Below the pieces are notes generated by a model that had not been told where the DNA came from, searched no databases, and worked only from the letters and a program-made list of their open reading frames with translations. DNA of 64,000 nucleotides from an uncultured Clostridia bacterium (GTDB taxonomy: Bacteria > Bacillota > Clostridia > Christensenellales > UBA1242): contig CALWKD010000004.1 of assembly GCA_944381175.1 (NCBI GenBank), forward strand, positions 4,326 to 68,325, given 5' to 3'. Positions 47,789 to 56,820 of the stretch are shown piece after piece; within the stretch, counting starts at the first letter, position 1, and each line of letters opens with the position of its first letter. The translations under genes were made by a program, and so were the position numbers.

Positions 47789-50700
47789 TTATTTTGGCTT
47801 CTTTTTAGTGCCAGAATTTTTTGTCTTTTTTGAGTCAGATTTGGTTGTTTTTGATTCCTCTGACTTATCCGTTTTTGAAGTCTCTTTCTTTTTTGAGAGT
47901 TTTGCAAGTTCTCTCTTCTTTGCTTCCTCTTGAGTGTAAATCTTTCTCTCGAGGTCTAACAAATACTCAGGGGACATAATGTTTTCAATTTGTTTGTTGA
48001 GCGAATCAATCTTCTCAGCCACAACAGTCCTCTTTCTTGCAAAGTCCTTAAACTCTCTGTCAGTTTGTTTTGAAACTTCTCCTTTATCTTTTGAACGAAG
48101 TTTGATGACTTTCTCTTTGTGTTTTTCTTCAAGAGACTGAAGTTCTTTGTTGAATTTCTCAACTTCTTCTTTGATTTTTTGAACCTCAGCGTCTCTTTCT
48201 GCTCTTGCCTTGATTTTGATTGCGTCAACTTCAAGGCTGGACTTTCTGTCATAGGATTCTTTACGCTTTCTCTCAATCTTCTTGATTTTAACTCTTCTCA
48301 AAGCAACTCCAACAATTGCAATGACAATCGCAAGTCCCATAAGGATTGAGGAGATGAGGATTGACCAGTTGAGACTTCCGTTTGGAGATGATGTGTCGCC
48401 TTCTTCCTCACTGTCTGACTCATTGTCAGAGTCGGAATCATCTTCACTCTCAGGGTCGGCTTGTGAAATCAAGATTCTATCTTCGTTTACATCATAACCG
48501 TCTGAGGTGAAAATTGAGTTTGCTGACTCATATTCACTGCTCTCAATCTCAACAAATTGCAAGTCATAAATCGCCATTGCTCCGATTGTCTCTGGGGCGT
48601 CGCTTATGAGGGAGATGTAAAGTTGGGCGGTTGTGGCGTCACTTGGGTGGAAATAGATTGTGTATTCTTGATATTCCTCGTTGCTGATAAGTCCAGTCAT
48701 ATAATCAAAACCAGTCAAGCCAACAGTCACGCCATAATTGTATGATTTATCTTTGTCCAAAGTGCCAAGGAAATTTGTTTTGAGTTTGAATGACAGTTTG
48801 TAATAACTGTTTGAAAGGTCAAAATTGAAGTTTGATTGGATTGCGTGAGTGCCAGTGTTTTGAGTTTGAATGAAGAATACATCTTTTTCTTCTTCGCCCT
48901 CAATCTTGAACACTGAGTCCGTCATTTCTTTAAATTTGTTGCTGCTGATGATTGCACCAGTGCTGTCAGTTCCAGCGACTGTTGTGCTTGAATATGCAGG
49001 GGCGAATGATGTGTCAACTTCATTTGTTATGTTGTTTGTTGGGAGGTTGAGGTAGAAGTTTGACAGGTCAACCACATTTCCAAGTTTGTTTTCTTCCTCT
49101 TCATATTCTGCCTGTGTTATTGTGCTGTCCAAAGTGAAGTGGTCAAAGTATGCAAAGCCAGTTGTTGGCTCATTTTCAGTGCCGAGTTCAATCAAAAGGT
49201 AAACCTCGCTTGCGCCAAAGCCTGGCTTAATGAAAATTTCGTATTCTTCCCAAGAACCGTTTGAGGAGAATTTCTCCGACTCAAAGAGTGCGAAGCCATT
49301 GCTGTCATAGAGGGTCACTTTGATTTGGCTTGCAGTGTTGTACCAGAATGAAATCTTGTGGTAAGTTGAACTGTCAGTCTCGCTGTCTTCAGAGTCTTCA
49401 GAGGATGACCCTGTGGAGAGGGAGATGTTTGGGCTCTTCAAACTCTGCCAAGTGTTGTTTGAACTTGTTGGGCAGTTTGCAAGCATAAGGACATTGTCGG
49501 TGTCGGATTTGTTTCCAAATCTGTTTCCAGGTGTCGCATTTCCATAACTTGCCCAGTAATATGGATTTTCTTGAGCACTTACGCCACTTTCGCGAAGGTC
49601 GTTGTATGCTTGAACATACTTGTCATATTCAGATTGGGCGGTGTTTATAACTCCACCAAAAGTAAATTGACCATTTGAAGTGATTGTCCAATCGTTTGGC
49701 GAAAGAGGGAAGTTTCCATCTTCGTCGACAATGACATCATTAAACTCACCATTTGTGACAGAAAGTGATGCGCTGATTTCGCCCAAAGCAACTTTGTTTG
49801 TTGCGTTGTCATAGTCGGTTGTTGAGGCTCTTGTGATTGTTATGTCATCAAAGACAATACAGCCAGTTGCGTTTTCCGTTTCGCTTCCGAGCCCAAGAGA
49901 CAATTTGATTGCTGAGTTGTAAAGTGCTCCACCTTTGACATAAAATTCAACTGTGCCGTAGTTGTTTGTGAAATCATCCTCCCCGTTTGAAGAGATGGCA
50001 CTGCTTGCGGTTGAGGCGAGGAGGGTGTATCCATCTCCGTCGGTCAAACCATAAGAGCCAAGCACCGCATCACTTTCCTCAACAAAGAGGTAGGCGCTTC
50101 CGCTCGACAATTCTGAGATTTTGTAATATGCTTTGATTTTGTAGATTGCGTTTGCTTCAATTGGAATATCGTTTGAAGTTACTTTGACATACTCATTGTT
50201 TGCTGAGAGCCCCAAAACATATTGGTTTTTGATAACAGAAACATTTTCGTTTTCAAAATCAACTTTGCAGGAGAGGTTTGAACCCACGAAATCATATCCT
50301 GTGTCAGACTTGAAAGCCTCAGGAGCGTTCACATCATAAACTCTCGCCTTTCCTGTTCCTTTTGGAGAACTCCAGTTTGTCACTGGGTAACCATTGTCAA
50401 GAATCCCAGCCTCAAAGTCGAGGTTGTGGGAGTCGAAAGAGATTGTGCTGTCCTCTCTCAAATCAAAAATTTGAGTGCAATCAAAGACCTTTTGGGTTGT
50501 TCCATTTGAACTGCTTACATTTTGCACATAGTTTCTGTCGGCATATGCAGAATATGTTCTCCAAAACGCATTTTCGCTGTATTGGAAGACGTGGCAGTCG
50601 TCAAAGAACACCGCTCCGCCACTCGTGTAACCCTCTCTGTTTGCTCCAAGCCACAAATCAAGAGTTATGCTCTGGTCGGTGTCACCAGTTGCAACAAAGA

Positions 50701-51739
50701 AATAGAATGTCACCCAATCTTTTGAGGTAACTTCGGTGAAGTCTGCTTTGACAGCATTTCCGTCTTTGTCGGTAAGCCCTGACAAATAAATCGAGCCATA
50801 AATGTAGTCATCCACAGAGGTGTATTCTGTTTTGGTTGAGTAATACTTTTCACTTGGAGAAACTTCATATTCTTCTTCTGTTGGGTTGTAAGTCAAGTTG
50901 CAAGAGAAGGTGGTTGTGCCAGAGGCGATTGTGATTTCTCCAGATTCTTCCTCTGCGTCTTCTGTTGAAACATACAAAATTTGTCCGTCATTTTCAAAGC
51001 CGATATAGTTTTCATCCTCATAGAAAACATCTCCAGTCGCCAAAGTGACAGTTTCTGCAAGTTTTTCAGGATTTTCAGTTAAAGTTTTTTGGATGTAATA
51101 AGTTGTTGAGCCAATTCTATACTCAACATAAACAGGGGTCATATCCGTGGAGAAAGACCTGCTTTCAAAAGTGCTTCTTGTGATCGTTTCGCCCTCATCT
51201 TCAACGACACCTCTTTCAACATAAGTTGTGTTTGCGACATAGTCAGAGTCAGTTTTGAAAGACACTTGGAATGAGTAATAAGAATTTGCAGAGAGAGAAA
51301 TTGTGCTTGACTTGTATCCTTGTCTTTTTGGGACATTTTCGGTCTGAGAAGTCTTTGAGTTGATCATCAAAATAGACTTGTCAGAAGCCTTTGCACCAGG
51401 GTTTCTCGACAAATAATAAGTGTCAGCCATATAATTTTGGAAAGATGTGCCAGTGTTTATAATTCCAGCGGTTGTGTTTGAACTCGGCACTTGTCCAGTC
51501 CAACCAGAAAGCGATGTGCTGAGGGAGTAAGTTGAGGAACTTGAGTTGAAGTTGTTGTTTGTCATACTCTTTTCTTCAACATAACTTGAATAATAGTTTG
51601 ATGCACTCGTGTCAGCATTAACTTTATCAAAAGAGCAAAGAGAATATGCAACGCTTGTTGCTGCCAAAGGCATTGCCACTGCACACACTGCGAGCATAAG
51701 TTTGTTTTTGACAGATTTGATTTTTCTTGATTTTTTCAT
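47789..51739 (-). CDS. 1316-aa type I membrane protein: large ectodomain of repeated beta-sandwich (CBM/galactose-binding-like) modules, one TM, K/E-rich cytoplasmic coiled-coil tail
   Basis: Signal peptide MKKSRKIKSVKNKLMLAVCAVAMPLAATSVA. Recurrent module-end strands (VFFDDCHVFQY, IVFDDITITRA, AYFDHFTLDS, AIYDLQFVEI). Acidic linker, TM segment ILISSILMGLAIVIAIVGVAL, then a charged tail of about 190 aa. Confidence 0.8.
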   Translation of the reverse strand: MKKSRKIKSVKNKLMLAVCAVAMPLAATSVAYSLCSFDKVNADTSASNYYSSYVEEKSMTNNNFNSSSSTYSLSTSLSGWTGQVPSSNTTAGIINTGTSFQNYMADTYYLSRNPGAKASDKSILMINSKTSQTENVPKRQGYKSSTISLSANSYYSFQVSFKTDSDYVANTTYVERGVVEDEGETITRSTFESRSFSTDMTPVYVEYRIGSTTYYIQKTLTENPEKLAETVTLATGDVFYEDENYIGFENDGQILYVSTEDAEEESGEITIASGTTTFSCNLTYNPTEEEYEVSPSEKYYSTKTEYTSVDDYIYGSIYLSGLTDKDGNAVKADFTEVTSKDWVTFYFFVATGDTDQSITLDLWLGANREGYTSGGAVFFDDCHVFQYSENAFWRTYSAYADRNYVQNVSSSNGTTQKVFDCTQIFDLREDSTISFDSHNLDFEAGILDNGYPVTNWSSPKGTGKARVYDVNAPEAFKSDTGYDFVGSNLSCKVDFENENVSVIKNQYVLGLSANNEYVKVTSNDIPIEANAIYKIKAYYKISELSSGSAYLFVEESDAVLGSYGLTDGDGYTLLASTASSAISSNGEDDFTNNYGTVEFYVKGGALYNSAIKLSLGLGSETENATGCIVFDDITITRASTTDYDNATNKVALGEISASLSVTNGEFNDVIVDEDGNFPLSPNDWTITSNGQFTFGGVINTAQSEYDKYVQAYNDLRESGVSAQENPYYWASYGNATPGNRFGNKSDTDNVLMLANCPTSSNNTWQSLKSPNISLSTGSSSEDSEDSETDSSTYHKISFWYNTASQIKVTLYDSNGFALFESEKFSSNGSWEEYEIFIKPGFGASEVYLLIELGTENEPTTGFAYFDHFTLDSTITQAEYEEEENKLGNVVDLSNFYLNLPTNNITNEVDTSFAPAYSSTTVAGTDSTGAIISSNKFKEMTDSVFKIEGEEEKDVFFIQTQNTGTHAIQSNFNFDLSNSYYKLSFKLKTNFLGTLDKDKSYNYGVTVGLTGFDYMTGLISNEEYQEYTIYFHPSDATTAQLYISLISDAPETIGAMAIYDLQFVEIESSEYESANSIFTSDGYDVNEDRILISQADPESEDDSDSDNESDSEEEGDTSSPNGSLNWSILISSILMGLAIVIAIVGVALRRVKIKKIERKRKESYDRKSSLEVDAIKIKARAERDAEVQKIKEEVEKFNKELQSLEEKHKEKVIKLRSKDKGEVSKQTDREFKDFARKRTVVAEKIDSLNKQIENIMSPEYLLDLERKIYTQEEAKKRELAKLSKKKETSKTDKSEESKTTKSDSKKTKNSGTKKKPK

Positions 51740-51834
51740 ATATAGGTATCCTTTATATAATTTTAACTCATTTATTATAATACATTTATCTCAAATAATC
51801 AAATATTTTTTTGAAAAATAAAGACAATAACCCT

Positions 51835-52242
51835 ATGAAACCTCAAAAAAAGAAGAAAAATGTGGAAGATAAGGAGAAATTGCCACTTTCAAGGAAGATT
51901 ATTCTTGCAATTTGCGGTGCACTTATCGGCTTTGTGAATGGGCTTTTCGGAGGTGGAGGCGGAATGATTTGCGTTCCTTTACTTCAAAGGGTTTTACATT
52001 TGCCCGACAAATATTCACACGCGACAGCAATCGTGGTTATTTTCCCAATTTCTCTCGTAAGTGCAATCATCTATTGTCTGAGCGGAAATCTGGAAATCGT
52101 CCCACTTGCGACCGTCGGCGTTGGGGTTGTTTTGGGCGGAGTCGTTGGCTCTTTCGCCCTCAAGTTTCTTCCAGAGAAGATTGTCAGGGTGATTTTTGTT
52201 TTGATTATGCTTGCAGGCGGAGTTCGACTTATCATTGGTTAA
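51835..52242 (+). CDS. half-size TauE/SafE (TSUP) family membrane protein, first of a pair
   Basis: GFVNGLFGGGGGMICVPLL motif and about 4 TM segments. The start is ambiguous (ATG 51835 or TTG 51811), with no SD at either. Confidence 0.7.
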   Translation: MKPQKKKKNVEDKEKLPLSRKIILAICGALIGFVNGLFGGGGGMICVPLLQRVLHLPDKYSHATAIVVIFPISLVSAIIYCLSGNLEIVPLATVGVGVVLGGVVGSFALKFLPEKIVRVIFVLIMLAGGVRLIIG

Positions 52243-52254
52243 AGGGAGTGAAGA

Positions 52255-52617
52255 ATGATTTATTTTTGGTATGTTTTGGCAGGTTTTGTCGCGGGAATCT
52301 TTGGTGGACTTGGAATGGGAGGTGGGACTCTTCTTATTCCAATTCTTACCATTTTTTTAGATTTTGAACAAAAACTTGCTCAGGGCATAAATTTGTTGTC
52401 ATTTTTGGTTATGGCAATTTTCTCTATGTATATCCATTATCGAAACGGGCTTATCGTGACAAAAAACATTTGGCTCATTATTTTGTTTGGTGTGCTTTTC
52501 TCCGTTCTGGGAGCATTTTTGATGACTTACCTGCCTTCAAAGATTTTGAAAATGATTTTCGGCATCTTTTTGTGTTTGCTCGCCGTGGTCGAATTTGTAA
52601 AAGTATTCAAAAAATAG
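52255..52617 (+). CDS. half-size TauE/SafE (TSUP) family membrane protein, second of a pair
   Basis: GFVAGIFGGLGMGGGTLLIPIL motif and 4 TM segments. SD agggag. Confidence 0.75.
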   Translation: MIYFWYVLAGFVAGIFGGLGMGGGTLLIPILTIFLDFEQKLAQGINLLSFLVMAIFSMYIHYRNGLIVTKNIWLIILFGVLFSVLGAFLMTYLPSKILKMIFGIFLCLLAVVEFVKVFKK

Positions 52618-52673
52618 TTTACAAAAATTCTTTTTTATGTTATATTTATTGCGTAAAATAAGGAGAACAGAAG

Positions 52674-52844
52674 ATGGTAGATAAGAATATTTGTATCAGT
52701 TGTGGAACTTGTGTTTCCATTTGTCCAGTTGGAGCAATCTCTTTTGGTCCTGACGGAAAGGCAGAAATTGACAAGAAAAAATGTATTCATTGCGGGGCGT
52801 GCCAAGCAAGTTGCCCAGTGAGTGCCATAAATCTTGACAAATAA
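52674..52844 (+). CDS. 2x[4Fe-4S] ferredoxin (56 aa)
   Basis: MVDKNICISCGTCVSICPVGAISFGPDGKAEIDKKKCIHCGACQASCPVSAINLDK: two CxxCxxCxxxCP motifs. SD aaggagaac. Not in the ORF track (below 60 aa). The 90-aa antisense ORF there is rejected. Confidence 0.85.
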   Translation: MVDKNICISCGTCVSICPVGAISFGPDGKAEIDKKKCIHCGACQASCPVSAINLDK

Positions 52845-52883
52845 CATACACGAATTTTTATTTTTGGTAAACGGGAGATTTTT

Positions 52884-54365
52884 ATGGAAAATATAGCATA
52901 CATTCAACTTGATGAAAGAAAAGTTACGCTTTTGATTGTTCAGAGCCGAAACGGAAGATACAGAATTTTGGAAGAGGTTGAAAATTATTACGATTTGACA
53001 AACGACATCGTCAAAGATTGTCTCTTGAGTCCAAAATCAAAGAGTGACATTTTGAAAATTTTGAATATTTATCGTTACACTATTGAGACTTTCAAAGTTG
53101 AGAAGATGATTGCAGTTTGCTCAAACATCATCGTCAAGGCGAGAAATTATCGTGGTTTCTTGGACGAGATTTACACAAACACGGGGATGAATTTCTTGAT
53201 TTCAAATGATGAGGAAATCGTCAAAAATATCTATGTGTCTTGTATGAACGAGATTGACGCTTCAAAGGGATACATCGTAAACATCGACTCTTTTGCGACA
53301 TACATTATGAAATTCAACAGACGAAATGTCATTGAATACAACTCAATTCCTTATGGATACTCAAACCTTTCCTCATCTGGCTTGTCAAGCGAGGATATGA
53401 TTGCCACTGTCAAGAAAGAACTCAAAAAATGCTCGCTTGTGAAAGATTATGAGGACGATTTGGTGATTGGTTGTGGTCCAAGTTTCATTGATATTTCAAG
53501 AATTGCAAAGAAAATTTTGAGATACCCAATCGAAATTGACAACAATTATGAACTTTCTGACACTGCAGTTGGGAAAGTTAAGGAATTTGTCAAGAGCGTC
53601 GACGCTCAGAAAGTGAAGAAGATCAAAGGCATTGGACCAGAGGGCGCAGAGAGTATAAATGGCGGACTTGCAATCATCAGTGCGATTTACGATGCTTTCA
53701 AAATCAGCACGGTGAACATCTCAACGGCGAACACACTTGAGGGAATTGTGCTTTCAAATCTTGTGGGCTCTTCAAACGAAAAATACTCAGATTTGCTTCA
53801 AAACAGCCTTGACAACTATTATGAATTCAAGAAAGAGGGGCTTGCGATAAACAGTTATGTGTATGATATGGCACTTCTTCTTTTCAAACAACTCAAAGTC
53901 GTGCACAAACTTCCAAGGGCATATGTGAAGCCTTTGAAAATCGCAGCATATATGTTTGATTGCGGAAAGTTTATAAATTTCTCAAACTTCCAAAAACATT
54001 CCTTCTATGCAATTTTAAACTCAAACATCGCTGGTGCAACGCAAAAGGAAATCTTGCTTGCGGCATTTGCTTGCACTTGCCAAAATCTCGACAACTTTAA
54101 CCTGGTTGAGATTATGAAATATAAAGACATTTTGAGTGACGAAGATGTGGAAGCGGTGAGAAAACTTGGCGTGCTTGTAAACCTCGCTGTGAACCTTAAT
54201 GCTTCAAGAAAGAATATAATAAATGACATAGTTTGTGACATTTTGGGTGATTCTATAATTATGAAGACGGTTGTTTCTTCCGACCCTTCATTTGAAATTA
54301 TGCAAAGTATGAAAATTTCTGACGACTTCAGAAAGACATTCAAAAAGAGTTTACAAATTATTTAA
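52884..54365 (+). CDS. Ppx/GppA-family protein with degenerate nucleotide-binding and HD motifs
   Basis: 493 aa. Collinear with exopolyphosphatase: ASKHA-like N-terminal half, and a C-terminal segment AAYMFDCGKFINFSNFQKHSFYAILNS (compare AALLHDIGK......HHKHS.Y.I.NS). Confidence 0.6.
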   Translation: MENIAYIQLDERKVTLLIVQSRNGRYRILEEVENYYDLTNDIVKDCLLSPKSKSDILKILNIYRYTIETFKVEKMIAVCSNIIVKARNYRGFLDEIYTNTGMNFLISNDEEIVKNIYVSCMNEIDASKGYIVNIDSFATYIMKFNRRNVIEYNSIPYGYSNLSSSGLSSEDMIATVKKELKKCSLVKDYEDDLVIGCGPSFIDISRIAKKILRYPIEIDNNYELSDTAVGKVKEFVKSVDAQKVKKIKGIGPEGAESINGGLAIISAIYDAFKISTVNISTANTLEGIVLSNLVGSSNEKYSDLLQNSLDNYYEFKKEGLAINSYVYDMALLLFKQLKVVHKLPRAYVKPLKIAAYMFDCGKFINFSNFQKHSFYAILNSNIAGATQKEILLAAFACTCQNLDNFNLVEIMKYKDILSDEDVEAVRKLGVLVNLAVNLNASRKNIINDIVCDILGDSIIMKTVVSSDPSFEIMQSMKISDDFRKTFKKSLQII

Positions 54366-54376
54366 TCGGGCGGTTT

Positions 54377-55582
54377 ATGGCAGAAAAGAAGGGAAATTCA
54401 AAAATTGTTTGGATAATTTTGTTTTCAATTATCACGGTGATACTGTGTTATTTGTTTGTTGTGGTTTATTTCTATTTCATTTCTCCATACAACATTTCTC
54501 TCAAAATCGGCTTTTGGCCATTTGTCTCCGATGAGGCAATCGGAGAGATGTATGCCGATGCGACTGTGCAGATAAATTATGAAGCGACTGATGAAAATTT
54601 TGAGCAAGTGAGTGTCAGCGTCGTGGGGGTAAACGTCAAGAAAGACGGCTACATTTTGGCTCCTCTGAGTGAATTTTCCGACTATTCAGAACTGACACAA
54701 ATCACAATTTTCACAAACAGCGGAACGGCTTACAATGGCGAACTGCTTTACAGCGACAAAAATTACAATATTGCCGTTTTCAAGTGCTTAAATATTGACG
54801 GAAGCGACAAAAAAATCAGAATTCCATATGTGAAGATTGGCGATAAGAGTGACTATTCGGCGTATGATGATGTCATTCTCATTTCTTCAACTTCTGGGTC
54901 AAAAGCGGTTATCTCTGGTGCGATTGAGGACGCTGATTATGTTGAGTGTGTGCCGAAGTTGGTTGACGGAGTGGAGGTCTATGACTACACGGTCTCATAT
55001 GGCTTCATCGTTTCGACTGGAGACAACTATTCTTTTGCTGGCGGAGCGGTTTTTGACACAAAAGGGAAACTGCTTGGTTTCTGCTTTGGAGAACTTTTGG
55101 AAACGAATCTGCTTCCAGGCGAATATTTCATCCAGCCAGCATATGGAGCAAAATATTTTTTGGAAGATATCGTTGATGCACAAGAGGATGGAGAGGTTTA
55201 TCAAAATGATTTGCTGAGTGCGGTGTGTGGCTTTGACAATTATGAAGCGACATTTATGGTTGACCACGAACAAGGTGAGACTGGGAGCAAGACTTTTTAT
55301 TTCGACAGGGCGTGGAACCCAGCCAGCACAGCAATCGAGGAGTTTAGCCTCTCTGGTGGACCAGGATTTTATTTGTTTAAGGAATTTGATTTTGAGGGCA
55401 ATGTGATTCCTGCAAATTCAATTATTCAAGGCGTGAAAATTGGAAATGAAAGCAAAGTGGATGTCGATTGGAGAGTTGATTTGATTGACGCACTGTATAG
55501 TGCAGAAAGTGGAGACAGGGTGCTATTGACCTACACAGAAGAGGGGGCATCTTCGGTGAAAACATTGAGTTTCACAGTCTGA
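54377..55582 (+). CDS. membrane-anchored trypsin-fold (HtrA/S1C-like) protein lacking the catalytic triad
   Basis: N-terminal TM segment. KKDGYILAPLSEF (compare ..YI.TNNHVV), NIAVFKC (compare DLAV.K.) and SFAGGAVFDTKGKLLGF (compare GNSGGAL.N..GE.IGI). The His, Asp and Ser positions read S, N and A. Confidence 0.55.
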   Translation: MAEKKGNSKIVWIILFSIITVILCYLFVVVYFYFISPYNISLKIGFWPFVSDEAIGEMYADATVQINYEATDENFEQVSVSVVGVNVKKDGYILAPLSEFSDYSELTQITIFTNSGTAYNGELLYSDKNYNIAVFKCLNIDGSDKKIRIPYVKIGDKSDYSAYDDVILISSTSGSKAVISGAIEDADYVECVPKLVDGVEVYDYTVSYGFIVSTGDNYSFAGGAVFDTKGKLLGFCFGELLETNLLPGEYFIQPAYGAKYFLEDIVDAQEDGEVYQNDLLSAVCGFDNYEATFMVDHEQGETGSKTFYFDRAWNPASTAIEEFSLSGGPGFYLFKEFDFEGNVIPANSIIQGVKIGNESKVDVDWRVDLIDALYSAESGDRVLLTYTEEGASSVKTLSFTV

Positions 55583-55607
55583 AAGACGTGCTGTTTGAAG
55601 GAGGCTT

Positions 55608-56609
55608 ATGAAAAAGATTAAATACGCCATAGAAATGGGTGGTGCATACACCTGCATTTATGTAAACGGAGAGGGTTTGGCGCTCAAAGAACCGACTCTC
55701 ATCGCTGCTGAGCCAACGGAAGATGGCTACAAAGTGATTGCAATGGGGAATGACGCAAAGAAAATTGCGGGGAAAACAAAGGAAAATGTGGAGATTTTCA
55801 CTCCTATGGTGTATGGCGACCATTCAAACTTTGAATATTCGGTCATTTTGCTCAAACATTTTTTGGAAAAGGTCGGATTTAAACCTCTTCAGGACAACGC
55901 CATTTTTGTTGTGCCTTGTGGGCTTTCTGCAAAAGAAAAGGAAAATATCTTGAATGTTTGCGATGCTGCAAATCTTGGACAGGTCTACCTTATTCCGTCG
56001 GTTATGTGCTCCTGCTTGGGACAGGGGAGAAATATTGACAATTCAAAGGTCAATATGGTCGTGGATATTGGCGGAACTGGGACGGAAATCGCTGTTATCA
56101 ATATGTCAAACATCCTCAAAGGAGCGACTTTGGGCATTGGGGGAAAGAGTATTGATGCGTCGATTGTAAACTTTTTGGCTTACACCCAACAACTCGTCAT
56201 TGGGCTTTCGACCGCGGAAGTTTTGAAAAACGAAGTCGGCAGTCTTTACACAAATGACACTTTGAATATGGAAATAACGGGAGTCGATGCTCAGACCAAA
56301 TCTCCAAAGGCGGTTGTGATTTTCTCCAACGACTTGAGACAGGCGATCGAGCCATTCTTCAACGAGATTGTCAGGGCAATTGACACCACAATAAACTCCT
56401 TGCCACCAGAGATTGTTGCGGATATAATAAACAACAAGATTCTTCTTTGTGGAGGTTGCTCAAAAATTCAAGGGCTTGATGATTATCTCAAGAAAAATCT
56501 CAAATATCCTGTTGAGATTTCTGAAGATGTCGACAATATCACAATTCTTGGTGCGGGGAAACTGCTCTCCGACAGCCATTTGCTCTCAAGCATAATCAAA
56601 AATGTTTAG
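55608..56609 (+). CDS. mreB: MreB/Mbl family actin-like protein (divergent)
   Basis: 333 aa, collinear with MreB: AIEMGGAYTCIYV, MVVDIGGTGTEIAVI, LLCGGCSKIQGLDDYL. Confidence 0.8.
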   Translation: MKKIKYAIEMGGAYTCIYVNGEGLALKEPTLIAAEPTEDGYKVIAMGNDAKKIAGKTKENVEIFTPMVYGDHSNFEYSVILLKHFLEKVGFKPLQDNAIFVVPCGLSAKEKENILNVCDAANLGQVYLIPSVMCSCLGQGRNIDNSKVNMVVDIGGTGTEIAVINMSNILKGATLGIGGKSIDASIVNFLAYTQQLVIGLSTAEVLKNEVGSLYTNDTLNMEITGVDAQTKSPKAVVIFSNDLRQAIEPFFNEIVRAIDTTINSLPPEIVADIINNKILLCGGCSKIQGLDDYLKKNLKYPVEISEDVDNITILGAGKLLSDSHLLSSIIKNV

Positions 56610-56820
56610 TTTTTTTGAATTTTCTTGCGAATTTCAAGAGAAAAGAACTTGAAAATATAATTTTATGGAAATCGCCATTGGCTTGCTGATCGTCATTGGC
56701 GGTTTTTATTTTTAGCCCTTTTTATATTTTGATAATTTTTGACAAAATCAGACAAAATGCACCTCTCAAGTCCTTTGTTTACGGCGAAGTTAATAGTAAA
56801 ATTGAAACAAGAGAGGGAAT

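Noticed and set aside
52635-52907. 90-aa minus-strand ORF
   Set aside because: It is antisense to a textbook 2x[4Fe-4S] ferredoxin ORF (52674-52844) that has a strong SD.
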